DNA from: Dicyema japonicum
Lineage: Eukaryota > Animalia > Dicyemida
DNA: 64,000 bases
Direction: 5' to 3'
Assembly (NCBI GenBank): GCA_011109175.1
Contig: RDEW01000014.1
Span: 124,001 to 188,000 of the forward strand
The translations under genes were made by a program, and so were the position numbers. Position 1 is the stretch's first letter. Each line of letters starts with the position of its first letter. The notes below the pieces were generated by a model, which saw only the letters and a list, made by a program, of their open reading frames with translations, was not told where the DNA came from and made no database searches. This document shows positions 50,600 to 63,029 of the stretch, one piece after another.

Positions 50600-52522
50600 A
50601 TTTTTTCAACACTTTTAAGTATCCGAAAAAAAATTTAATTTTTAATTTTTTAGGATCAACGAGAAGGGTTATGGCTAAGACAAAAGATTGGAATAGCCAT
50701 ACTCCGAGGGAACTCGTTCGCAATCCACGCAGCATTTTTTGTTGCGTCTCGTTTGGGTTTATGGAGAGCTGGGACCAGCAGGTTGTTAGTTCGGTACAAA
50801 AGTCTGGCATTTTGATTCTCAAAAGTTAACACAGAAAAATCCGAATATATAACGATAGGCCAAGAAGGAACATCACAGACAAAAAATGGCAACAATAGGA
50901 AAAAATTGGATCACTCCCGGTCGACAGTGAAAACACATTCGAGAGGGTTGTTGTCTACTGTTGTATTTGACAAACTTCGGACGTAACTTATTAAATTTAC
51001 AATAACCCAAATTTTCGAATTTGTGAATCAGTCATACAGCCTACCTTCATCCTTACTTTTCGGAGACTACCTAATCCATTCGTATTCTGGAGTGCAACAA
51101 AAAGATCCTCTTGGACCCCTATTGTTTTTTTACAATAGAGAAAATCACCAAACCTCCGTGCTCGTCCCTCAACCTATGGAATCTGGATGATGCGGTCCTC
51201 GGAAGAGCCCCAGATACTGTTTTCCGAAATTTGGGAGTGATAATTCCAGCACTGTTGGAGACTGGACTTAAATTAAATTACACTAAATGCGAAATCTACA
51301 ATTGCGGACTTTCAGAAGAGAAGTATTCAAAAGCTTTGTCATGTTTCGGAAATTTACTGCCTGGAAGTATTTCCACACCCGATCAAGAACTTATATTCCT
51401 CAGATCCCCGATCACCATAAATGCAATGGGAAGAGCTATACGTGAAAAACGACTGTTACTCGGAGAGACTCTGAACCGCTTGTGTCTACTTGACATGCAT
51501 ACAGCATTATTCCTCCTGAAAAACAGTCTCAACGTACAGAGCCTTCCATTTTCCTGAGGACAGCTCCCTATTTCACCCTGTATGACCAACTCGCACAGAT
51601 TAACGAGATCTTCCGTACGACAGTGGAACGTATCTTCAACGTCCGGTTCGAGAATTACTCATGGAAGCAAGCCACGTTGCCAGTAAGACTCGGAGGACTT
51701 GGAATTTAGAACCCTGTGGACCTTTCCCTCCCTTCATACCTATCATCGCTAATAGGCTGTAACTCTCATGTCAAAAGGATTCTACACTCTATACCTGAAT
51801 TCTCTATTGACAAGGACGCCGTGAGGCCTGGAGCTGAACTTATCAGCTTTCCCTGCCTTCCTCGTTCTCTCAGCGGGGCTTGAACGATGCTATATGCTGG
51901 AATTCTTTCAAAGATTTGCTAGTGTCATCTAGCCAACATCGCAGTGCTGTTTGTTGTCGGGGCGTCTTCCTAGAGCGGTGCCTGCCTCAACGCCATTCCC
52001 AAATGAGTTCTGGGTACCTTCCTGGATGATGAATGAGTCCGTATTGGGATCTCATTGAGACTGGGATTAAAAGTCTGTGTTCCACATCATCGTGCCGATG
52101 CGGAGACAAGATGGACTGTTTTGGCCTACACCCTTTCTCCTGCAGAAAGAGTGCAGGCAGATTTTCCAGAGACATGACCTTGAGTGAAGTCGTTAGGCGA
52201 ACTTTGGACGCCGGACTCCCCTCCATGCTCGAACCTGTCGGCCTTTGCAGGCGGGACGGGAAACGACCAGATGGGATGACAATCTTCCCTTTTGAAGCCG
52301 GGAAACCTCTTGTCTGGGACGTTACCTGCACCGACACATTTGCCTCTTGCAACCTACTCCAGAGTGAATCGCCGTTGAGACGTCTGGTTCCCTTGCGTCT
52401 GCGACGCTGGAATTCTTGAGTCGTCTAGGGAATCGGATCGCTTCACGAAAAGGAGACCCTCGTGAGCGCTGCTGGTTATTTGAGCGAATCTCGCTCGCTA
52501 TCCTGAGAGGAATAGCCACGCA
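50600..52522 (+). mobile_element. CRE-like non-LTR retrotransposon (RT, zinc knuckle, restriction-like endonuclease), degraded
   Basis: SGVQQKDPLGPLLF, LWNLDD, GLKLNYTKCE, QATLPVRLGGLGI, CRCG..H..SC, GKRPDGMTIFPFEAGKPLVWDVTC, ERISLAILRG. Confidence 0.9.
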
Positions 52523-52539
52523 GTCAGGGCAGCTTCTAT

Positions 52540-52796
52540 TATTATTAACCCCAGGCTTACCATTGTAAGCCCAGCACAAACAGTCATAACTAACTAATCC
52601 AAGGAAAAAATCAAAGGAAAAACATCTGCTTGTGCCGACCATATCCATCTTCCAATACTTCATTACAGGTTTCCGAAGAGAAGTGGAGAAGTAGGTCCGT
52701 CCTTTTCTATTTTTGTCCCACGTCCTACCGTCGCGGACATCACTTCTTTCTTTTAGCGGAATAGTTTTCATAATGCAATCTTCATCAGAGGGTTTG
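52540..52796 (-). mobile_element. Short retroposed insertion (SINE-2 body or LINE tail) with 17-bp TSD
   Basis: TSD gtcagggcagcttctat at 52523-52539 and 52797-52813; (TAA)n tail; homologous to 18930-19110. Confidence 0.8.
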
Positions 52797-53599
52797 GTCA
52801 GGGCAGCTTCTATATAACCGTTACTCTATTTTCTTTCTTAAATAAATTCTTTATAACCCAAATAATCATAACCCAGTTAATGTAATCCCAACTATAAATT
52901 AAAGTAATGTAGTTTAAAGGATGGGAGAAATTATCTTTTCAGAACATCGACTCTAACTGTAATTTAATCAATCGTACTATTTCCAACAAATCGAAAGTTC
53001 ATATCATTCCGAAAAAACTGTGCTTTAAACAAAAAAAATTTAAGAAAAATTGGCAGTAATAGTATCATCATATAAGTAGTATATTAATATAAAAAATAGT
53101 TTATTAGTCAGTCAGCATGTCCGTAGTTTTTAACTACAACTGATCGAATGTGAGGTGAAATAACTTTTTTTCGTACTGGAATTTTTTTGCAAGTGATTGA
53201 AAATGCAGGCGTATTTGAAGATGGAAGTCAATCACCAGCGGATCCATGAGAATGAAAAGTAATTGTTATGTATTCAAGGTATGGATGATTTAAGTTAAAA
53301 ACGAGAATTATTCGTTTTATTTGGGATCGATGCCATTCGAAAAATTAAAAAAAAACGATCACTTATTCTGATTTTCTTATGTGCCACAAGGAAAACAGGT
53401 TACTTATTGGAGTGACTTCTCGCTAGCTCCTAAACAGCCAAAAAGAGAACCAGCGCTGGACATCGCAAAAGAGATCTGCTACCAAAATAAACAAACATAT
53501 TATTATATGAGCTTCTATTCTATGAGCTTCCGACAATTAAAGGAATCAGACTAAGAAATTTAAGAGCCCCAATTAACGAAAAAATTTCAAGAATATAGT

Positions 53600-55010
53600 T
53601 TTTACAAATAAGCTAAAAAATTTGGAAACCTGATTGCAATAGTCGCATCCAGGTCTTATAAGTTCATTGGAGCTCTGATCCCTGTAGCTGTACAATCGAT
53701 TCCCAACGCGAAGAGTAGAGGGCCAAAGGGGTTGCCCTGTTGGACTCCAGTCTGGATTCCAGATCAAGTGTTGGATACACGAAGTATCCGGTTTCAAACC
53801 AAGCCTAGCCAAAAGTGGAAGTATGTGAGGACTGATTACCTTACAGATGCTTCGCGTATAAGATGATAATTGTTTATATGATTCTACTTATGTTACTGTT
53901 AACTTTTGAACAAACATAGATGCTTTAAAAAAACAATTTATTACGTAACAAGACAATCTCCAGCAAGAGCTGAGATCCTTTTGGAACACCCATTCGTTTT
54001 CCCGACGCTCATTAATTACTTCGATTTACCCAAGCGATTTTAGAAAAGAGACCATCTTGAGCCTGAAGACTCCGTTCGTCTCGACGACATCTGGTGGAGA
54101 GGCTGTCGTATTTTGTTATCTTAAAATTCTTGAAAGTCCGAGCAGCCTCCCAGCTTTTAACGCGGAACCAGCAAGTCTCGACTAGGAAAAGGTGTCGGTA
54201 AAGACCCCATACCAAATCAAGCATTTCCCCGAGAGAAGGAGAAGACAGTTACCCCGTCTGGATGTTTCCATCTCCACGAGTCCACCGGTTACAGAGATGA
54301 CGGGAATCCAGCCGCTTCAAGAGAGCGTTTCACTACCCCGTTGATGGCAGCATGCCTCGGGAATTGGCCTTTCTTGAGACGGCAAGAGAGTGGGTGAAGT
54401 CCTTTGCAGCCCACAAGAGATCCATAACGGCATGGATGAGGCTGGCAAAGGTCGATTCAGAAACGGATTGATATCCTATTCCGGAGGACGTCCATTTCCA
54501 TAAGGGACCCAATTGACGATGATGGGAACGCTTTCAGCCAACCACCGTTGTGAGGGAATAGGCTGCTAGAATGCAAGCCCGACGGTGCAAGTCGTCTGTT
54601 TCCATAAGGGTCAAATGAGTATCTTGTACAAAACGTTGGTCCAGTTCTTCAGTCGGTGCGTATCAAGAGGGGTTTCTTTGAAAGCCACCGACGAACTCTT
54701 CAACCCATCAACAATTTTGTCGTCCAGATTGGATTTGCAGAAATCTGAAAGAATGGTCGGATGAGAAATGCGGTTCCTTGATAAAGAGGACAGGAAGTAT
54801 TGCAAGGAAACGTCCACAACAGAAATTAGGCCGATTCCCCAAATCTGACGGGTAAAGTGCTTGCATCAATCCAATATTATCGAAATTAATGTTCACAATT
54901 TTTTCAATATAGTTGGAGATGAAAATGTTGAGATTCTCATGCTTTCCAGAAAAGGTAGCAAGGAGAGGAACGTCCCACAAACCTATTATCTTGGAAGGAA
55001 AAGATAATTC
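53600..55010 (-). mobile_element. CRE-like fragments (53600-53870 RT; 53990-55010 thumb, knuckle and endonuclease)
   Basis: TGVQQGNPFGPLLFALGID; C.LCG..HSL.C..RHAAING.VKR; DGNIQTG..LVW. Confidence 0.75.
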
Positions 55011-55221
55011 CTCAAGAGAAAAAAAGCAGTATGTGGATCGAGTTCATACAGTTTAACGGTGGCTTCACTAATCTCCGATAATTTTTTATTAAAAATATAA
55101 ACTAAAAATAAATCACCACATTTGTTAAATTTTGTTATTTTTTTATCTTCAAAATTCATAAAAATTATTTTTTGCTGTCAAACCGTAAAAATAATAGATA
55201 GTTGAACCAATTATTTAAATA

Positions 55222-55574
55222 ATGTTCTACTTTTTAGTGTTTTTGTCCTTAATTCAATTTTCATCTTTAATTGTTCTTTTAAATTCGAATTTTGAAAGAG
55301 CGACGGAGACAGATCATCATAAAAAGTATAAAGAGGATAGACTGTGGACAGAATATTGCAAACAATTTGGTTTTTAAGTTTACTTAAAGTAGACAAAAAA
55401 TACTCTGAAGAAGATGAAGCTGTTAGAAGAGCCATATTCTTGGCGACTTACTATTATATGCGCAATCAGAACTCTCAATCTGGCTTTGAAGAAATTGGAA
55501 TCAACAAATACTCCGACATGACGGCTTACGAAGCAACATTCATGACACCGGAGGAGCTTGCTAAACTTTCATAA
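55222..55574 (+). CDS. Secreted stand-alone I29 cathepsin-propeptide-like inhibitor (109 aa, 23-nt intron at 55370-55392)
   Basis: MFYFLVFLSLIQFSSLIVLL (signal-like), then DRLWTEYCKQFDKKYSEEDEAVRRAIF..IGINKYSDMT, the I29 pattern with an ERFNIN-like helix and GxNxFxD-like motif, then TAA. No catalytic domain follows. Confidence 0.8.
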
Positions 55575-55859
55575 TTACTGGCGTATTCTTTACTTGGGTG
55601 GTTTCTTTTCTTATTGGATTGTTTGATTTTTAACCCTTGACCAAAAAATTCCGTTAAGCTTTGGGTTGAATAAGAAGGACTTTAACGCCAAAACATGGCG
55701 TCGGTCAGAAGCAATAAGTATGTCGTTTTGTTCAATATGGATCACCTTAAGAGCAGGCGTTACGCTAATGTAAACGACTATAGACAATCTATCCTCACAT
55801 TCACATCGGTTCGCCCTCTGGCTTCTTTAGACTGATACTAAATCGACCAATTATTAAGC

Positions 55860-56115
55860 GCTTTGTCCATCCAAAATTGTCGGGAGCGCGATAGACTCAC
55901 TGCATGCTACGGAAAAAACGATGAGGGCAAAGGATAAGAAATACGAAGCGCTACGCGATCGATTCGCGTTTTATCCCATTGTGGTCGAGACAACTGGAGG
56001 AATAAGTGGGAAATCGCTTCTCTTCCTAAAGGAGCTTGAAGCTAGACTAAAAAGCCACGACGCACGTGAGACCCGGTGGCTTCTCGGGTTTTGTATCTCT
56101 GGGAACGTCCATCAT
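55860..56115 (+). mobile_element. CRE-like 3' fragment
   Basis: KDKKYEALRDRFAFYPIVVETTGG; homologous to 24210-24440. Confidence 0.75.
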
Positions 56116-56599
56116 TGGTAGTTACGTTTTTGTTAGCCATAGGTTTCCTTCACTTGAAGAGACCGGGTGTGAATAAATAATTTAAATTTCCAAGTCTTTG
56201 AGGTAACTTACCAATAGACTAGTAAAATGTTTGAAATGTAACGGGTATCAATTATGTATAGGAAATGAGCAATAAATTGAACTCATTGATTGCGTTAACT
56301 TATTAGAGCAATCTTTGTCGTAATTCCCATTTTCGGGGAAAAGCCAGTTTATCAACGAGTGAAATTACGCTCTCGGTAGTTGCCAGCCAATTTTAGAATG
56401 TATTATGGTTCCCCTTGTGATGTTTTTAGTGTCGTGGCAGTCATTAATAGTATGACCTAATTAAGAACATCGTGATGACCCAATTAGTCGACTTAATTTT
56501 TGGGTAAGAACTAGTTAACTATGTGAGCACGACACGTCCCAGCGGTGTCCTCAACTTGTCTCAGTGTTACTCTTTTGAACCCACACAAACCCGGAAAAC

Positions 56600-56800
56600 T
56601 GCATGTCCCGATGTAACGAACCCACTGCTAAATTTATGCGAATTATGATCTCCCCAGTGTTTGGCTACAATATTTTCCGTCAGCTTCTAACAATTTCCAC
56701 ACTCTCACGAGCAACCTTCCCGTTTAACAGAAGAATATTGCCGACCAGATATTACCCACGGTACCAACCAACCTACGACCGATTAACCACTAAAGCATGA
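56600..56800 (+). mobile_element. Possible Gypsy gag N-terminal remnant
   Basis: DLPSVWLQ..LTSNLP..IADQIL..YDRL weakly resembles gag P..WF..LP..YD.LK. Confidence 0.25.
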
Positions 56801-56873
56801 ATATTAATCCACTCACTGGGCTGCTTAAGTGAGACCAAAAATAAAAAAAACCCAAAAACACAAATTTATACAG

Positions 56874-57622
56874 TTAATCCTCCTCCTCATTTTTATCGTC
56901 GCCATCATAGTCAGCATCATCTAAATTTCCACAAAAACACCACCATTCAGAATATTCGTGGAAAAAAGACTAGTTTGCACTTCCTCGGCAGATGGAGACC
57001 GTAAATCCTGACTTAGGTGTTCGATCACTGTTATTCTGTTCTCAAATTTGACAACCTCAGGGACATCAGTGCACAAAAGGGACAGTTTCTCACAGAGGAC
57101 AGTTCGATTGGGTTCCTCCACCTTCTCCCTGCACCTGCAATAAACGACAGCATTACTCATCCTCATCTTCTGTCCCGTGGATCATCACAAGCAAAATAAA
57201 CTACAATAATACATATTCCAATGCTCGCTTCAGCCTCTCCACCATGTTCACCCCCGGCCCTACTACAAGTGGATTGATGAGAATTTCGCATATTCGTTGT
57301 ATGGTGTATGGGACGCTGAATATTTTTACCAAAACTACAAGTTTGACTTATCTATTATCTCGATAATGTGATCAAAGTCTCCCACGTGGTCTAATATTGT
57401 CGCAATCTCATCGATTCTGCTTTTTATAATGGTAGATAGCTCAGTCCATTCGATTCTACATTATATTGGTAACAACCTGGCAACTCCATCGTAAGCGATT
57501 CTCAGCAACTCGAAACAGTCATGATTGAGAGACTCAATATCGTCTATTTTATACAATGATGGATTACCCTGGACAAACATCATCCAACAGTCTACAACGA
57601 AAACGTTATCTTAAATTTTCAT
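56874..57622 (-). CDS. PPP4R2: PP4 regulatory subunit 2-like (integrity uncertain)
   Basis: IEWTELSTIIKSRIDE and VPYTIQRICEILINP (PFTIQRLCELL..P motif), acidic tail, micro-introns. The first ATG is followed by TAA at codon 4 (alternative ATG at 57583), and one acceptor is ambiguous. Confidence 0.7.
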
Positions 57623-57679
57623 GCTAAATTAATAATTTATTAAATTAAAATTGTATTTAATAATTCATTTTATATGAAT

Positions 57680-59300
57680 CTTTTCTTATTTGGCGCCAAA
57701 ACTCGTACACTTTATAAGTTGAAGTTAGTATTCCGTTTTGATCTCTTTCCCTCTCTCATCAAATGTCATCAAGCTATTTGCTTCTCTTGCAAGTGTGGCT
57801 GGCGGTATTCAATTGTAAGTATGAGTTAATAGTCAACAAGAATGTAACAACCAAAAGCGATGTCACAACTATTTTGTGTGGCGGGGAAATTGGATGCGGA
57901 CCAATATTCGGTGTTGTTCACCTTCAAGTGGATAAAATTGGCCACTAGTTTCAATCTGGCAACTAAAAAAATCACAATTACTACCCTGTTAACCTGTTCA
58001 ACGACCTCTGGGAAGTCGGACTGGATGATGGTGGCTATTAGCGGGATGGGAACCAGAACCAGAACAAAAGGCAAGAATGACATAATTACGAAGTCGATTC
58101 TGTTTATCTTGTAGATTCGTATGGTGACCGCAGCTGAGGCACGCCATGTTGACACGAACTTATGAGAAGCGAAATCGATGGCAGATATCTGAGAATTTTG
58201 TTGATTGGTCGAAACTCAGTCATAGATTATCCTTGAGGCTCGAATAAGTGGTCCCTGTTTTAGAAAGTGCAAATTTTGTCTGAGATTTTAGAGTAGCACT
58301 GGTTGCAGGCTGGATGATTTCGTGTTTTACATTTATCGAGGATTTTTAGTCGAGAATGAGGATGTAATCTCTGATTAGTAAATTCTTTGTCATTTTGAGA
58401 GTTTTTTGGACAGTCAGTAATTGTCCTAGGAATTGGTATGACTGCTTGCTGCATAGTCGGATGAAACTGGCTTTGCTCTTTTTAATTGCTTTGAACTCAG
58501 CAAATGAAGGAAGAGGTTCCAGGATAACCAATTGTACAAGGAAAATCGTATAGGATGATTTTCGGAAGAAACTGACGGTCCTTTCGATTCCAACCGGGTC
58601 TAGAATTGCAAAAAAGTTCGCAGTTCAACATCCAAGGTTAACTCATCCGTGTTGGTCAATTGCTAGGAATGGTTTCTCTCTGATACGACATACCATATTG
58701 AAATAAATTAAAAGGAGATGGAATGAGGAAGATCCTTAAGGGACACAATTAGGGAGTAAATGAGATTTTGAAAGAGTCCATAAATGACGATCGACTGTGT
58801 TAAATCCTTCGGTAATAAACTGGCTTACAAAGAGGGATCTCCTATAAGAGAACTTTCTCCGTGAAACGTGGAAGATAACAGGTCACGGATATAAGAGGTA
58901 GGAAGATAGAGCTCTTTCACTTGTTCGGAATCCTGTTATTGATTATAGATTGGCAATGACGGTAAAAGTGTCAGTGGCAATATTTTTCAACGGAATTAGG
59001 GATACACCAAAGGCCCACATTAGAGAAGGCTTTATAATTCTAATAACGTTTTTGACAGTTTTGATGTGAATACACCGGATTAAGGGGTATTTATGTCTGT
59101 ATTGTCGCAGACGTAACGTATAGTGTCCTGAGAAGTCTTCGTTACTGGGACATTAGGTTGTTGATTTCCTTATGTTTTAAGGTACAAGATTCTCCGTCAA
59201 TAATAAAACATCGCTTGAGTAATCCACAACCACGTCGGTGGAAGTGAATGAACAGAGTTAAAATCCTAAGGTTCTAGTCAACAAACACCTCGTATACCAA
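57680..59300 (-). pseudogene. Possible degraded LRR-containing membrane protein gene
   Basis: VKELYLPTSYIRDLLSSTFHGESSL is LRR-like; a hydrophobic FVIMSFLPFVLVLVPIPLIATII segment lies downstream; many stops. Confidence 0.25.
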
Positions 59301-59831
59301 TCATGTAGTTTATAAAAATTGGTTTTTCACGTAAGCTTTTAAAATTCTTGAGCTTAGCAGAATAGGATTATGGTGGCTGGTAAACTAACAGAACAACCTC
59401 CATGAAAATAAAGCAGAAATAATGCATATTAATACCAGTTTTATGATGAACTGACAGCGATCGATTATTTTATTTGTTAATAATTATGAAAAACTAACAA
59501 AATTTTAGATTTTTTCAATTAGCATTTCCTTACAAATCGTGGAACCCTCACTCAAGCACAGTGATCCAGAGAGCGTTATCCGGGGAGATGAGGTCAATTT
59601 CAAAACTCGTCGTCAGGAAGCGAAATTTTATCCCTGTGAAATGCGTAGACGTATCCATTTGAATGTCAGCAGGCATTGGGCGTCTCCTGAGAAAAGTATG
59701 TTCAATGACGCCACCAGAGGGAAGCTAGTTATTAACCATTTTTCTCAATAAATAAATTAATTTTAATATTTAATTTAATACAATAAATTCGTATATTTGC
59801 AATTAAAATTTAAATTAAAATAACAATCTTA

Positions 59832-62800
59832 ATGTATGAAAGTAGTGCGGAGAAATTGGACCTACAAGATTATTTGTTGGATCCAAATCTATTCAAAGAG
59901 ATGAGTACCTCTAAAAATTTTCGTCCTTTCGACTTACTAAAATTGGCCATGTGTCATATAGCCCCCAATATAGCCCTTATGGAAGACAACTGGATTATCA
60001 GTTTTCTATTTTCATAAATTTTAGTCTCAATGAAGAACAACGCCAAATTGATGTCCTGTTCCGTACTTGTCCTCAAAATCTGCGCCTTTCTTAACTGGAA
60101 TCTCGATCTTTTTTGCAGCAAGTAAGTCCCTTACTTTATTCAGCCTTCCTAACCATTATGTAATGCTGATCTCCATTCTTCTACTCAAATTTGTCTTCAA
60201 ATCTGAGGACGAACTGGACGCGCCATTTATTTTAACCTCCGAATATGATCCCTCAGAAGACTCACTGCAGTTATTCGCCAAATTATTCATCCTTCGATGG
60301 TTTTATGGAGATTTTATGATCCTAGGATCTTTTCCTGCCGGTTTTTTGACAATAAAAACAAAGGGCGGCCTCTGCCCAAGAAGTTTTCCTTTAGTTCACA
60401 TTAGGGACATGTTCTCCGAGGATATCCCCATTTTCTATTATCCTGAAATGTACAATAAGCTGGTTTTCTTCTGGCTGATTCTGTAGCGACAGACTTTCTT
60501 CAATGAATCCAGTCAGTTTCTATCTAGTTTCCTGTACAATTCGTGCGATCTCTCCATGCCCACTCGACTGGCTTTCTCCCAGCCTTCTGAGTCTTCTCAA
60601 ATCGAGGACCTATTCGACCAAGAGAGGTTTCGTCACTATCACAGCTCGTCAGTACCAGATCCTGGTATTTTAATTTCCTAAAAACAGATATCGATGGATA
60701 TTGCCAGAGTATCCTTTTTGGCCTGTCACGTGGACTACAGTTTCCGTGTTTTTCACAGAGTAAATGACTTGTACAATGAAATGACGGAACAAGGCGATAA
60801 AGTGTTTCTCAAAACTTTCCCCGTTGAAGAGCTCCGTGCTTATATTCGGGCTGATGATAGCTATAAGAAGATCGGTGACTTCTACAGCAAGAATGTCCAA
60901 GACGGGGAATTCAGTGAGGAATTCAGTGAAGAATTCAAGACTTCTTTTCTTACGGTCAATGAGAGCACCAGGTTCTTAAATTAATCATTTTGAGGAACAA
61001 GCATGCCATAAACATGCATTTTAATGAGTTGTCCACAGCCTCTTCTCCTTCATTTGACTACTTCCCTTTCTCCGTGAAACTCTCTGAGGATGATTGGAAA
61101 CATATGGTTCACGTGGCCTGTTCTACTGAAAATACTGAACTTGTGCAAAAAGTCCTATAGTTTGCCATATTCTAACATTCACAGCATTTTATTCGCATTT
61201 TTCAGAGATGATGGCGGTTTTATTGACTCCATTAAAGATAACCTGTTCTCCAATGTGACCGCAGTTCAGAAACTCAAAAATATGACCACAAATTCGTCCG
61301 CACATTATGCAGAACCCTCATTTGTGATTGTTGACGATCTACTGTGGAACATGGACTTTGATTTTGTCCGAGATAGTTTAAATAGTTCAATCCTAACGGA
61401 AGGCCACGTGGATATAGTTAAGGACCTTAATTTTCTGGTTTTTATTTGAATTACTCTAGTATAAGGAAAAACTGGAATCCGAAGCCTCCCATCCAAAGAT
61501 TTTCTGTCACCTAGTCAAGTCCTTAATGTCGGCATATTACAAAATGGATTATGATTTGGCCAGTCGCTTCATAACTGAAGCTCTCAGATTGGCTGATGTG
61601 AACTCTGAGTTGTATCTTCAATTAATGTGGCACAAAGTTGGCATCGACTGTCGATTTTCGATTCCTTCTTATAATGACTTGATATCCTTGATCACTTCCT
61701 CTAAGAAGGCGGAGTTATATCTGAAATACCGAGTCTTTTCTGTGTTTCTGGATAATGAAGATAATTATGGTTTTGTCACCACAAAACATATCCTTTCTAT
61801 CCCTGGAAATGCTCTCATTTATTATTTGGTTCGCGTGCTGCTTTCTCCTGAGTCTGAGGACATCAAGAATCTAGTCGCAGAAGGTCTCTATTTTGCTTTA
61901 CCCCAGTTAGCCTACTTTTCATGGTAGACTGCCAAGATGAAGACCGGCTCTCTCCCACTGATTTAAACGAATTCATAAGCTACTCATCAGTTTGCTAAAT
62001 CCCTGACAATTTAGAGTATTAAACTCTTGGCTCCACTCGGATCTCTTCTTATCGCTTTGTACGTGAAGAACAAGGTACTTTGTGAAATCATTTAGCTCAA
62101 TGTCTCCTCGAAGATAACGTACCCCTTTGCAGAGTTGTGGGGGACCAATTGGTAGGTGTGTTGTTTTACTGCAGCTGTAACGACTCCATAAACATCTCGC
62201 TTGTTTTGAAGTCTGTGCACGTTTTCTTCAGAAGGATGCATCAATTGCATGCGAAATCCTGGTATTTGGTGGAGACTGAGTTTATGATTTGTACGTTCTT
62301 TTCATCATTATAGTGCGTGAGGAGTATCGCTTAGCGCTGAAAAATTACTGTTGGTACATTGCCACAGTTAGCGAGTTCTTTAATTCCTCTGTCCTCCCTT
62401 CTGTTTTGACGGATTCTGTATTTCTGAGTGTAAATGTTGTTAGATTATCAAGGGTATGATTAAGTGCTGTAACGCCTTGAAAATGAGTGCTCAAGTATCG
62501 GTCGGATAATACATAGATGGCTGTTTTGACGCAGTACTTGAGTGACGTGGACTACTCAACGTGCTTTGCTGGAATAGGGGACATCAATGGATTGGAGGTT
62601 ATCGACATTATGGTTGAATATATTTATGATGTTAACATTTTGGAGCACATTCATGGTTGCTTTGTGAGGTTATCTTAGCCGTTTATGTGATGAAGGGACG
62701 TTCTAAAATGGCGGATTATATTGTTGGTTTATTGGTTATTTGTAGTTGAAATATATTAGGAATAAGGATCTGTCTCCCTTTAATTCTGAGGATTTTACTA

Positions 62801-62868
62801 ATTCTTTCAAAAAATTGAGAATGGCAAGTTTTTTTGAATTCATGTTCAAAATTACTTGTCTTGCCTAA
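59832..62868 (+). CDS. INTS8: Integrator complex subunit 8
   Basis: DYLLDPNLF, LVLKICAFLNWNLDLF (LALKVAAHLKWDLD-like), IIKGMIKCC..AVLTQYLSDVDYS..EYIYDVNILEH, ending FFEFMFKITCLA*. Many micro-introns; not every junction was verified. Confidence 0.85.
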
Positions 62869-63029
62869 TAACCCTTCCTTTCATGTTTATACTTGTAAAT
62901 CTTTTTATTTTATTGACGCAAATAGTTACTCTTGTATCATTTCAAGAGTTCGAATATAATAATTCCTTCGCGTCTGTGAGGAGGACTGAAACCCCCTCGT
63001 CTGTCCATTTCCAAGTTAAAAGAAAGTCG

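Noticed and set aside
439-57613. Stop-codon reassignment suggested by in-frame stops (Arf TGA 439, UBR TAA 10576, PPP4R2 TAA 57611)
   Set aside because: Intact genes terminate with TAA (innexin, INTS8), TAG (VPS28) and TGA (ARP8). The internal stops replace different residues and, in Arf and UBR, co-occur with frameshifts.
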